From: an uncultured Gammaproteobacteria bacterium | GTDB taxonomy: Bacteria > Pseudomonadota > Gammaproteobacteria > JACCXJ01 | DNA: 64,000 nt | NCBI GenBank assembly: GCA_963764725.1 | Contig: CAVXTM010000013.1 | Coordinates: 1 to 64,000, forward strand | Direction of reading: 5' to 3' | Shown here: positions 33,853-42,651 of the stretch, piece by piece | Numbering within the stretch: the stretch's first letter is position 1 | Layout: each line of letters opens with the position of its first letter | The notes under the pieces: model-generated | What the model was told of the DNA's origin: nothing | Seen by the model: only the letters and a program-made list of their open reading frames with translations | The model's database searches: none | Position numbers and translations under genes: made by a program

Positions 33853-33869
33853 ACCTTACGAGATTTCGT

Positions 33870-34034
33870 ATGGGTTATAGAGGACCCCGGCTACTGGATC
33901 AGGTGGGGGATAAGTGTCGTCGGAAGAACTATAGCATCCGCACGGAACAAGCGTATATGGAATGGGTGAAGCGCTTTGTACTGCCCAGTACAAGGTACAT
34001 CCAACCGGCAGGCCAGACGAGAGTGCTGGCTTAG
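33870..34034 (+). pseudogene. intI: Integron integrase N-terminal fragment
   Basis: [33 protein letters not shown] aligns with [33 protein letters not shown] of the main intI. Confidence 0.85.
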
Positions 34035-34270
34035 CCCCCCTACCCCGCCTTGCGTGCCTTGGTCGAACGCGTTTCTGCCAATGTAACGCGCAACAGACTC
34101 GCAACAGCACCTGCGTGATGCGTCACGGAACATTCAGGTCTCGCGCACCCGCGACCTGGCGTGGTACGATTGTTGAGCTTCCTAAAAAGAGGCGAGCAGC
34201 GTATCAACCGGAAACACGACGAGCCGCCCCGAATATTGTTGCACCAGTACTAAAAGCACGGAGACCCGGC

Positions 34271-35764
34271 ATGGCTACCGATCCTCACATTACCGCTCCA
34301 ACCCGTTCCTCGATGCCTGAGCAGGAGGTCGCCACGACCGTTGTGACGACACTCAAGAGTGAAAGCGCGTTGGCCGCGATGCTCAACCGGCAACGCGCCG
34401 CTTTCCTGCGCGACGGTTCGCCATCGCTCGCGCAGCGGCGCAGCGACTTGATGAAGCTCAAGCGGGCTCTGCAGGAGCGTAGGGAAGATTTCGTCGCCGC
34501 TATTAACGCCGACTTCGGCCACAGGTCGCGCCAGGAAACGTCGCTTCTCGAGATAGCGACTGTCGTCGACGGGGTTAAGTATCTCCACCGTAATCTCGCC
34601 CGATGGATGCGTCCCGAAAAACGGCGCGTGGCCTTGCAGTTCTTGCCGGGTTCAGCGCGCGTCGTCTATCAGCCGCTCGGTGTGGTCGGCATCATATCGC
34701 CGTGGAACTATCCCGCTGCCCTTGCGCTGATGCCGCTCGCCACGGCGCTCGCAGCCGGCAACCGCGCCATGATCAAGCCGTCGGAATTCACGCCGACCAC
34801 GGCTGAACTAATGACATCGATGCTGGCTGACGTGTTCCAGCAAGATCAGGTGGCAGTCGTGACCGGCGACACGAGTGTCGGGGTGGCGTTCTCGAAGCTC
34901 GCGTTCGATCACCTCCTGTTTACGGGAAGCACGCCGGTGGGTCGCGCTGTCATGCACGCGGCCAGCGAAAACCTGGTGCCGGTGACTTTAGAGCTCGGCG
35001 GGAAATCGCCCGTTATCGTCGAGCAAGGCTCTTCCCTTCGGATAGCTGCACGGCGCATCGCATACGGTAAGCTGACCAACGCCGGCCAGACCTGTATCGC
35101 ACCCGACTATGTGCTGGTGGCCGAGCAAGAGGTCGAGGATTTCGTTGCCGCGTATACGGGCGAGATCGCGAAGCTCTATCCCGATATAGTTGCGAATCCC
35201 GACTACACGTCGATCGTCAATGACCGCCACCATGCGCGGCTGTTGGATTTGCTGGATGATGCCCGCGCGAAGGGTGGTCGCGTCATAGAGATCGGCGCGG
35301 AAGCAGACGACGGCGCTAGCGTGCACCGGCGCACGATGGCACCGGCGGTCGTGCTCGATGTGACCGACGAGATGAGCGTGATGAAGGATGAGATCTTCGG
35401 TCCGATCCTGCCGGTGGTGCCCTATCGCAAGCTCGAAGACGCCGTCGCCTACGTCAACGCACGACCGAGGCCATTGGCGCTGTACTTTTTCGGACCGGAC
35501 GGCCCCGGCCGCAGGCTAGTTCTCGAACGCACGACGTCCGGCGGCGTCGCGATCAACGAGACCATTCTGCACTATGCGGTGGACGATATTCCGTTCGGTG
35601 GCGTAGGCGCCAGCGGAATGGGTGCGTACCACGGGCACGAGGGCTTCAAGACCATGAGCCACGCTAAGGGTATCTTCGAACAGGCAAGGCTCAATTTCAC
35701 CGACGTCATACGCCCGCCTTTCGGTAGGTTATTCGAACGCATTGTCGATTTCCTGCTGCGCTGA
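34271..35764 (+). CDS. Coniferyl-aldehyde-type aldehyde dehydrogenase
   Basis: SPWNYP, KPSE, FTGS, LELGGKSP, NAGQTCIAPDY, EIFGP, PFGGVG. Confidence 0.9.
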   Translation: MATDPHITAPTRSSMPEQEVATTVVTTLKSESALAAMLNRQRAAFLRDGSPSLAQRRSDLMKLKRALQERREDFVAAINADFGHRSRQETSLLEIATVVDGVKYLHRNLARWMRPEKRRVALQFLPGSARVVYQPLGVVGIISPWNYPAALALMPLATALAAGNRAMIKPSEFTPTTAELMTSMLADVFQQDQVAVVTGDTSVGVAFSKLAFDHLLFTGSTPVGRAVMHAASENLVPVTLELGGKSPVIVEQGSSLRIAARRIAYGKLTNAGQTCIAPDYVLVAEQEVEDFVAAYTGEIAKLYPDIVANPDYTSIVNDRHHARLLDLLDDARAKGGRVIEIGAEADDGASVHRRTMAPAVVLDVTDEMSVMKDEIFGPILPVVPYRKLEDAVAYVNARPRPLALYFFGPDGPGRRLVLERTTSGGVAINETILHYAVDDIPFGGVGASGMGAYHGHEGFKTMSHAKGIFEQARLNFTDVIRPPFGRLFERIVDFLLR

Positions 35765-35775
35765 TTGCCGGCCCC

Positions 35776-35841
35776 GTTGACCTGCCGGCCCAGCGGGCGC
35801 AGCCCGCTCGCGAAGGTCGACGTCGAACGGGTGTTTATGCC
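35776..35841 (-). repeat. Partial attC after the TIR cassette
   Basis: GTTGACC...GCGGGC-GCA-GCCCGC...GTCGAAC..GTTTATGC; distal core missing. Confidence 0.5.
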
Positions 35842-36623
35842 CCAGCATCTGGCCTCAATGCCGTGCGTCGAAGTATCTCCGTCTCAACTTCACTCGCGAT
35901 ACGTCGCTCGAGCTCGCGGGGATGCGGTCTGGCGCTTTCAATTAATCTCCCACGCTCCGAACGCCGTCGCAACAACCAAGCGAGGCATGCCGCTACGGCC
36001 ACAAGTAAGGCTAGCGGAAGTAGGAGGTTTTTCCTGAGCAGCAGATCGAATACCTCTGGGCGCGCTGGAGAAGGGAGAGGTGTCGGTACCGGTGGTCCGG
36101 GTGTTGGGGTTGGTGTAGGGAGCTGCGGGGCGTCCAGGGTGAACAGGCTCAGGGCCACAGCAGCAACGAAAACCGCCGCGAGTCCAGCAAATGATAGCCA
36201 ACGACCGGACTTCGCCGACGGTGGCGCGCTTGCCCTAACGTCGTTAGGCGACGAAACGATTGAGCTGTGGTTGGGGCCCACCGTTCCTCGAAAGTCGATC
36301 CACTGAAATTCACCCAACTCTGGGGGTAAAGGAGTGGCATCCAGTAGCAGGGGCAAAAGATCCTTTTCTTGCTCAATGGCCGCTTTCCACTCCTTTGATA
36401 CCTCGCCGGATCGACTCGCGTGATCGCACCAAAATACAACGACCAAATGGGATTCAGCTAGGCCTCTGGCAATTTCGCTTCGCCACCTCTTGCCCGGCTG
36501 AATGCCATCAATGTCCTGGAAGACGAGGGATTTGTTAACGCGGAGGAGTTTCACTACCGGAGCAACCAGCGACTCGTCAGCATGGCTATAGGACACGAAG
36601 ACGTTTGTGCTCTGGCTAGGCAT
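35835..36623 (-). CDS. TIR-domain protein with two C-terminal TM helices (cassette)
   Basis: VFVSYSHAD, IQPGKRW, SGEVSKEW, LPPELGEFQWIDF; TM, Pro-rich linker, TM. Confidence 0.85.
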   Translation of the reverse strand: MPSQSTNVFVSYSHADESLVAPVVKLLRVNKSLVFQDIDGIQPGKRWRSEIARGLAESHLVVVFWCDHASRSGEVSKEWKAAIEQEKDLLPLLLDATPLPPELGEFQWIDFRGTVGPNHSSIVSSPNDVRASAPPSAKSGRWLSFAGLAAVFVAAVALSLFTLDAPQLPTPTPTPGPPVPTPLPSPARPEVFDLLLRKNLLLPLALLVAVAACLAWLLRRRSERGRLIESARPHPRELERRIASEVETEILRRTALRPDAGA

Positions 36624-36670
36624 CGTCAAGCCAAATGCTGGTTGGACCGGTGCATGAATCTAGTTCAGGG

Positions 36671-36766
36671 TCATAACGTTTCAGGTGAGCGGGCGCCGCG
36701 GCGCGAAGCGAAGCGGGAACCCAACAGCAACGCTGTTGGGCGCTCCGCTCGACCTGATGGTTCAAT
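36671..36766 (-). repeat. attC site
   Basis: TCATAAC...CCCAACAGC/GCTGTTGGG...GTTCAAT. Confidence 0.75.
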
Positions 36767-37088
36767 GTTTTGCCCCACTGAGATTGAGGCCCACCACACC
36801 AGCGACGATTAACAGAATGCTGATGAGTTTGAGAACAGTAGCCGCTTCGCGAAAATACAGAATTCCGATTGCCGCGATAAGGGCGGTACCGACACCAGCC
36901 CACACGGCGTACGCGACACTAACCTCGATCTTTTCCAGTGCGAAGGTGAGCGCCACAAACGACGCCGCATAAAGCGCGAACAGCAGCACTGAAGGAACAA
37001 GCTTGGTAAAGCCCTCGGAGAGTTTCATTGAGATAGTGCCCGCTACCTCAAGGGCGATAGCACCAGCAAGAAAGAACCAGTGTTGCAT
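36762..37088 (-). CDS. SMR/DMT small multidrug efflux protein (cassette)
   Basis: AIALEVAGTISMKLSEGFT, AYAVWAGVGT, GVVGLNL; 108 aa, 4 TM. Confidence 0.92.
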   Translation of the reverse strand: MQHWFFLAGAIALEVAGTISMKLSEGFTKLVPSVLLFALYAASFVALTFALEKIEVSVAYAVWAGVGTALIAAIGILYFREAATVLKLISILLIVAGVVGLNLSGAKH

Positions 37089-37116
37089 TGAAGACCCCCC
37101 TGGTTTGGCTTAACCA

Positions 37117-37183
37117 GCATAACGATAGAGTTAACCGGCGCGCGCCGCTTTTACGCGCGTTCGGGTTGAACGACGGGTTAGCT
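37117..37183 (-). repeat. attC site
   Basis: GCATAAC...CGCGCG stem...GTTAGCT. Confidence 0.75.
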
Positions 37184-37234
37184 TCTGGAATGTTAGACCC
37201 GACCTCATTTTTCCGTGATTGTAAACAAAACTGG

Positions 37235-37732
37235 CTAGTTGGGTTCGCAGGGCTTGTTCTCATATTGATGTCGCTGCAACACATATTCGCTGCCATTCCA
37301 ACGCTCAACTGGAAAACAGAAGCCTGGGGCCCCAATTTCGATGTCTGGCCAACCACCAATCCCCTTAGTGGGAAGGAAATTGGGGATGCCTGTACCGCTG
37401 GTGATCAGTTTCCAACCACCATTGGCCTGCTTGCTGACGAGGCTGTAACCGGTACCGGTATTGCCGTAGCAATATGTGCCACCTTCGGTGACGACCGCCT
37501 CTAAGCGTCCGTCACCATTGAGGTCACGCACTTCCTCAATCGTCCCCGGCGTATACGAAGGCGTGCCAGGGTCGCCGCAGTCGCTCCGCCATTGTTTACC
37601 CTTGAGGGTGTAACCGGCCGCCTTGAATGCGGCGGCCTCGTCAGTGGGTGAAAGCTGCGCTGGCGAGGCGGGCGCGGGAGTACTAATAAATAACATTATC
37701 GACACGCTTATAAACAAGATGCTTGGTTTCAT
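37235..37732 (-). CDS. Secreted hypothetical protein (cassette)
   Basis: Signal peptide, DLNGDG Ca-binding-like motif, 4 Cys. Confidence 0.75.
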   Translation of the reverse strand: MKPSILFISVSIMLFISTPAPASPAQLSPTDEAAAFKAAGYTLKGKQWRSDCGDPGTPSYTPGTIEEVRDLNGDGRLEAVVTEGGTYCYGNTGTGYSLVSKQANGGWKLITSGTGIPNFLPTKGIGGWPDIEIGAPGFCFPVERWNGSEYVLQRHQYENKPCEPN

Positions 37733-37769
37733 TTAGGTTTCTTCCTTTTTATTTTGGGTAGTACGTCGG

Positions 37770-37912
37770 CTTTTGACGCACACAGGGGGGCGCACCGTAG
37801 TATCCTGCGGCAAGAGTGGGACGGTTCAGGAGGTCCATTATAGCTATAAAAGGATTACAAAAAATGGGAATCGTTCTTGGTTGGAAAGGCGGCCAGGAGC
37901 AAGTTGCCAGCG
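37770..37912 (+). repeat. Second copy of the intI promoter region and first codons
   Basis: Near-identical to about 52755-52900 (CCGTAGTAT..GCGGCAAGAG..GGACGGTTCAGG..GTCCATTATAGCTAT..GGATTACAAAAA.ATGGGAATCGTTCTTGGTTGGAAAG). Confidence 0.9.
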
Positions 37913-37987
37913 CAACTGCTGCGAAGCATAGACAAATATATCGTGGTCTGTCCTAATTCCCGCGGCGCTTTTCATGCAGCCTTGCCC

Positions 37988-39001
37988 TCATTTGGCACAG
38001 TCCTCGGACTGGTAAAACAGTCTGAGTCCCTCGACCAACCGCGCGAACATTCGCTCGAAAAGGACTGGATCCTCCCACCCACGAAAGGGGAGGACGCTGT
38101 ACTTGGCGATTTGAGTCCGAAGCTTCTGGGACCAGTCGCAGTCCTGCCACGTGTCGTCGAGTGCGATCGGACAAAGGACGTGACGGCGGAGCTCCTTCTC
38201 AAGTGTTCGAGCGCGATTTGCTTCGTCCTCAACCCAATCACTCTGCACAGACTTGCGTGATAGAACCAGCAAGACCGTCGGGTTCAGCCGCATTGCCCGG
38301 TCGACGATCTTGTCAAGAGGGCCTGCGGTAACGTCGTGAATATCACGCCAGAATCTAATTCGTTTTTCATCGAGCCGCTTAGCGAGTGCATCGACGAATT
38401 TCCGGTCAGCATGGGTGTACGAGATGAATAGTGAGCTGACTTGGATTGGGCTTCCCGCGCGGAGATCGAACACCCGTTGCTGAATGTCGATGATTCCTGC
38501 CGGTGAAAGGCCAGGGTCGTATAGCTTGGCCGCCTCGATTTCCCAATCGCTGAGACCACATCCGCGCAGAAATACCGCGGAGATATTTCCCTTCGACTTA
38601 AGCAGTGTGCTGACGCTGATAGTGCTGGGGCCTTCATGGCCTACAGAGTCAAGGCCCTTCGTCTCCTATAGGTCAACGTCCGCAAAAATGGCATGACCGC
38701 ACAAGGCTTCCTTTAGATCCGTCCCAACCAAGTCTGTCCCGTGCAGAAGTGTCTTGGGTCCGAGCATTGCGGCCCGAAGGTTTGCCCGACGCAGGTCCGC
38801 CCGGGTCAGATCTGCTCCGTTGAACTCCACGCCGGTCAGGTTGGCTCCACGAAGATCCGCACCGCTCAAGTCCATGCCCCGGAGGCTCCATTCCACCCTT
38901 GCATCCTGTAACTCGAGCTGCGCATGCGGGTGAAGTGTTTTCCATTCAGCGAGCGCTCTGGCGCCGCGCTTGAGGAGTTCCACGTGTTCCGGGTTGGCCA
39001 T
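37988..39001 (-). pseudogene. Pentapeptide-repeat + TIR-domain protein with one in-frame TAG at 38666-38668
   Basis: MANPEHVELLKRG, ADLRG repeats, DL*ETKGLDSV, FISYTHAD, SDWVEDE; both ORF halves in the same frame. Confidence 0.85.
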
Positions 39002-39041
39002 GCGAGTTTCCTATCGAAATCGTCTACCCTTCGGCTCATAC

Positions 39042-39108
39042 GCCGAACGCTCACGTTGACCGGCCGCGGCGAGCGAAGGCGAGCCAGCGGTCCGGTCGAA
39101 CGTGCTGT
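39042..39108 (-). repeat. attC interrupted by group II intron (completed at 39576-39580)
   Basis: GCCGAAC...GTCGAACGTGCTGT | intron | TGGGC restores GTTGGGC. Confidence 0.8.
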
Positions 39109-39575
39109 GTACGCCCGACATGGGCATGAACTGATGGGGTGAAAGTCCTCTGTAGGAGTACAAAATGTCCACGTGGTGGACGACTATAACTACTAGCCGA
39201 CGGCAAGGGCAAAGCCCGCGAGGGATTGTCTGAAGGAAGCCCGAGCGCAAAGGTGCGAGCCGACGGACAGAAATCGCATAGAAGGCTCAGTCTCCGGGCG
39301 CAAGGCCTATTGGCACTTGTCGTCGAAGACCTTGGCGACACAAACTGGGATGACAATCGCCTGGCGACCCGCCAGGGCTTGATATCCGTGCGTGCGCTTT
39401 GGATGCGCTGATGTTCTCGTGTGCTCCACTTTTGTGACCGTTCCGCCAGGAGCGGAACGGGACGCTTTAGCGCCCGCAGAGTGCGCACCATCGATGGCGG
39501 GCATCAGGCCCCGGTGCGGACCCGCGTGCCGTGGTGGTGTGGGGACTGGGGGCTAAACACCCCCGGTTACCCGAT
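39109..39575 (+). mobile_element. Group IIC-attC intron, internally deleted (no RT)
   Basis: 5' GTACGCCCGACATGGG...GGGGTGAAAGTCC...TCTGAAGGAAGC; degraded maturase tail; degenerate domain V; 3' ACCCGAT. Confidence 0.85.
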
Positions 39576-39581
39576 TGGGCA

Positions 39582-40130
39582 TCAAAACGCACTTAGTGGA
39601 CACAGGGCCAGTAGGGCAAGTCCAGACTGGCCAACGAAACCGTAATAACCGCGACGAGCGGCAGTAACTCGCCGACTACCTGTCCCGTGCCCACCGAAGC
39701 TGAACTCCATATCTCCGGCGAAGAAATTCGCGTGTGCAAACTGCTCTACTGTTTGAAGCGGTAGCCCGGCGCCTTTCATGAAAACGCCCGCAAGACAATC
39801 AGCCTGCAACTCTGCCGCAGTGCCACTGACCTTGCCCTGAACCATATGGCCCCACTCATGAGCGAGAATTCCGGTCGCAGCCCATGAGCCAAAGGTGGCG
39901 GCTATTTCATCGAGCCATCCCTGATCTGCCCATACAATGCCTCGCTGTCTGTCAGCGAATGCATTGTTTGACCCTGGGGGAATTTGGCAAATTGGTATGC
40001 CCGTGCCCCAGAACGAGTTCAGCGCTTGAAGATCATCATACGCATGATCTACTGGAATGCACTGTGCGTATGAAGGGGGAGCAAACGCGGAAAAGCCGAG
40101 AAGCAGCAATAGACAACAAGCGTTCTTCAT
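39582..40130 (-). CDS. Secreted neutral zinc metallopeptidase (cassette)
   Basis: Signal peptide, NNAFA, ILAHEWGH, ELQADCLAG, HGT. Confidence 0.85.
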   Translation of the reverse strand: MKNACCLLLLLGFSAFAPPSYAQCIPVDHAYDDLQALNSFWGTGIPICQIPPGSNNAFADRQRGIVWADQGWLDEIAATFGSWAATGILAHEWGHMVQGKVSGTAAELQADCLAGVFMKGAGLPLQTVEQFAHANFFAGDMEFSFGGHGTGSRRVTAARRGYYGFVGQSGLALLALCPLSAF

Positions 40131-40172
40131 GTCAATGCCTCCCTTCAGTATGAATTCGCAACTACCGTGAGG

Positions 40173-40265
40173 CCCAAACGTTGGGCATAACCGGGCGCCG
40201 GCGCGCGAAGCGCGACGGGTACCAAACAGCGCTGTTTGGCGCTCCGGTTCACGCCGGGGTTAGGC
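40173..40265 (-). repeat. attC site
   Basis: CCCAAAC...CCAAACAGC/GCTGTTTGG...GTTAGGC. Confidence 0.75.
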
Positions 40266-40317
40266 GCCCCCTTCGCTTACCGGTCTCTAGCTCGGTCTCG
40301 CGGTGCCGGTAACACCC

Positions 40318-40517
40318 TCAGTCCAGCTTACGAACCAAGCGATAGACAGCAATTAGAACTCCGAATCCGAAGTACATCCCCAACAACGCAACAAGCATTA
40401 GTATCCCCATCTCGAAGCTTATTATTTTCGTTTGCGACAGAAAAATAATCGTGCCAACGAGACCAGCAAACGAAGCAGCGATGACAGCGACAGCCTTTAG
40501 CGTTCTATTTTTTTCAT
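40318..40517 (-). CDS. Small 2-TM protein (cassette); start codon out of frame across an A7 run
   Basis: NRTLKAVAVIAASFAGLVGTIIF...FGFGVLIAVYRLVRKLD. Confidence 0.55.
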
Positions 40518-40556
40518 AGGTTATGCGGGACGCCCAATGGATGAGCCTGAGCATCC

Positions 40557-40725
40557 TGAACCGCCCGGGATCTCCGGAGACTGTTTGATTTGAGTCAAGC
40601 CGCCATGGCCGACTCTTCCGATTGACGATAGTACACCTCTTCGAGATCTTCGAGCCGATCGACAACATCGCTGCCCATTGCGATTCGTATTCGGCCTCGT
40701 GCTCGAAGACCATCCGAACCGCCCG
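40557..40725 (-). mobile_element. IS3-family remnant (orfA start joined to orfB end plus right inverted repeat)
   Basis: VRMVFEHEAEYESQWAAMLSIGSKI, EEVYYRQSEESAMAA*, terminus ...GTCTCCGGAGATCCCGGGCGGTTCA. Confidence 0.75.
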
Positions 40726-40729
40726 TCCG

Positions 40730-40775
40730 CCCTCCTACACCACCGGGCATACGGATCACGTACAGGGCCCGACCG
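40730..40775 (-). mobile_element. Isolated group II intron domain V-like fragment
   Basis: Minus strand CCCTGTACGTGATCCGTATGCCCGGTGGTGTAGGAGG. Confidence 0.55.
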
Positions 40776-40831
40776 CTCATTCATTCGGGATTAAGCCGGG
40801 AGGTTGGCAGCATATCAAGCTTACCCTTGAC

Positions 40832-40904
40832 GCCCAACGTGCGAATTCAGCGGACGGCAAAAAGCGCAGCTTTTTGGCGCGTCCGGTGGAGCGCCTTGTT
40901 CGGC
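40832..40904 (-). repeat. attC site
   Basis: GCCCAAC...CAAAAAGC/GCTTTTTG...GTTCGGC. Confidence 0.78.
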
Positions 40905-40923
40905 CAATGGAGCATCGATGATG

Positions 40924-41271
40924 CTACGCCGCCTGCAGGACGAACTCGACCTTCACTACCTGGAACGGGAACTCGACGCTACCATCAGCGGTGCGGTTGA
41001 GCACACCGGCATTTAGCAGCGCTGTCACATCTCTATGCACGGCCTTCACATCGCGCCCCACGCGCCGCGCCGCCTCGCGGATCGACACCGGGCCCGCGCC
41101 AGACAGAACCTTGAGCAGTTCCCATCGCTTGGCCGTGAGCACCTGCCACAACAACTCGGGCGTCGCAAAGCTTATGCGCGCCTCGCGCTCGGCGCGACCC
41201 GTCTTCATCGCCCGCGCTGCATCGGCCAGCGTCCCGGCCAGAGACCGCACCTCAAGGACGACCGTGTTCAT
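40924..41271 (-). CDS. HTH antitoxin-like protein (HVO_A0114-like)
   Basis: ISFATPELLWQVLTAKRWELL..GPVSIREAARRVGRDVKAVH. Confidence 0.8.
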   Translation of the reverse strand: MNTVVLEVRSLAGTLADAARAMKTGRAEREARISFATPELLWQVLTAKRWELLKVLSGAGPVSIREAARRVGRDVKAVHRDVTALLNAGVLNRTADGSVEFPFQVVKVEFVLQAA

Positions 41272-41548
41272 GATTCCACCTCGCAATGTCGGCATTGAAG
41301 TCCGTCATCAGTTGATCTGGCGTTGAAAAGACGTAAGGCGCTTCCACCGTGCCGACGTGCCGGTGATCGCCTTTGCCGCGTTCGTTGTCGTAACGCAGCA
41401 CGCACTGGCCGGCCACCACATACGCGAGCCGATACTTGAAGCCATGTCTGAAGGGCGACACCGGCCGCGATACGCGCCATATCGCCACTTCGGCGAACGC
41501 GTCCTCGGCGAGCACGACACGGCGGCGTATCAGTGCGACGGCTTTCAT
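41252..41548 (-). CDS. DUF6516/TumE-like toxin
   Basis: FKYRLAYV...LRYDNERGKGDHRH; overlaps the HTH gene. Confidence 0.78.
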   Translation of the reverse strand: MKAVALIRRRVVLAEDAFAEVAIWRVSRPVSPFRHGFKYRLAYVVAGQCVLRYDNERGKGDHRHVGTVEAPYVFSTPDQLMTDFNADIARWNHEHGRP

Positions 41549-41618
41549 GTTGGAGAAGATAACAACACATGCGATTGTTGTCAATTACTCCAACGCTCTG
41601 GAAGAACTGGGTCGTGGA

Positions 41619-41702
41619 GCCGAACGCTCAAGCTCACCCGCGGCTCTGCCGGAGCGGTGAAGCCGCGCAGGCAGAGCCGTCGAGTGGAGCGCCTGGTTGG
41701 GC
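41619..41702 (-). repeat. attC site
   Basis: GCCGAAC...CGGCTCTGCC/GGCAGAGCCG...GTTGGGC. Confidence 0.8.
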
Positions 41703-41736
41703 GTCAGCCCGTAGACAGAAGGGAGCAACTGGTCTC

Positions 41737-42201
41737 TCATCGTGCCCGTGCCGCCCAGCCAGCACTCCATTGACCACGCCGGGTGTAGAAGTACACCGCC
41801 ATACACCAGTCGTATGCGGCACAGAAAACCCCATAAGCCAGCGGTATCTCGGCCATGGTACTTGTGCCGACGATCTCTATGCCTGCGTGTACATGAAGCT
41901 CATGGAGTAGATCCCAAAGGCCGTGTAAGACGTACCCAAGCATAAGCACGACAGGTATTCGAATGCCGAGAATGCCAAGAACCGCGAAAACGATCACGGC
42001 GCTGGCTTCGAGTCGCCATGCCTCTTCATTGCCAAAGTGTGCCGTGAACGCTAGGTAGAAACCCGCGATTGGAGCGAGGAGCAGACCGAAGAAAATCTGC
42101 TCCGCTTTCGCGGAGAGTAGCTTCCTCGAAATGGCGATGGACCCGGCCGCTGACATCAGTCCAATGCCCACGTACAGGATGATGATCACGAACAGCGCCA
42201 C
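41737..42201 (-). CDS. DUF6010-like membrane protein (cassette)
   Basis: Multiple TM segments, LHGLWDLLH, YGVFCAAYDW. Confidence 0.7.
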   Translation of the reverse strand: MALFVIIILYVGIGLMSAAGSIAISRKLLSAKAEQIFFGLLLAPIAGFYLAFTAHFGNEEAWRLEASAVIVFAVLGILGIRIPVVLMLGYVLHGLWDLLHELHVHAGIEIVGTSTMAEIPLAYGVFCAAYDWCMAVYFYTRRGQWSAGWAARAR

Positions 42202-42252
42202 GTCTGCTCCCTCCCCGCTTAACGCCTGCCTTCCGTCACTGCCCCGTCTGAC

Positions 42253-42375
42253 GCCCAACGGAGCGCGGGTTGAGCGGCGCCCCTTGACGGGGGAGGAAAG
42301 CGCAGCTTTCCGACCGAGTCATAGGGGCGAAGCCGCAAGCGCAGCGCCGCGGTGCCGCTCGAACGAGAGTTGGAC
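42253..42375 (-). repeat. Long attC (family shared with 46616 and 47568)
   Basis: GCCCAAC...GGAAAGCGCAGCTTTCCGACCGAGTCATAGGGGCGAAGCCGC...GTTGGAC. Confidence 0.8.
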
Positions 42376-42379
42376 GGCG

Positions 42380-42464
42380 CGCTTGACCGGGCGCCGGCGC
42401 GCGCAGCGCGACGGGTACCCAAGAGCGACGCTCTTGGGCGCTCCGGTCGAAGCGCTGGTTCGGC
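42380..42464 (-). repeat. attC of the hicBA cassette, abutting the next attC
   Basis: TTGACCGGGCGCC...CCCAAGAGC/GCTCTTGGG...GTTCGGC; distal core missing. Confidence 0.65.
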
Positions 42465-42465
42465 G

Positions 42466-42651
42466 TCATAGCATCGGAATCTGGAGATCTCAGCAGATCT
42501 TTCGAGCGAGGAAATCGTTGATCTCTCGATGACGCGGGACGGTCGACGATTTCCCAGTTGCGCGGTTTACGTAGACCGAGTGTCGCGCACCCTCACGCAA
42601 TAGCGCACAACCACGTTGTTCAAGATGGCGGATAAGATCAAGGCGCTTCAT
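42466..42651 (-). pseudogene. hicA: HicA toxin with premature TGA at codon 54
   Basis: MKRLDLIRHLEQRGCALLREGARHSVYVN...TVPRHREINDFLARKIC*DLQIP. Confidence 0.8.

Noticed and set aside
33962-34270. 600-aa version of the aldehyde dehydrogenase
   Set aside because: The first ~100 codons overlap the intI fragment and intergenic DNA with no ALDH similarity; the start is more likely 34271 or later
40318-40713. 131-aa ORF as a single gene
   Set aside because: Chance read-through from the IS3 remnant into a small membrane-protein cassette
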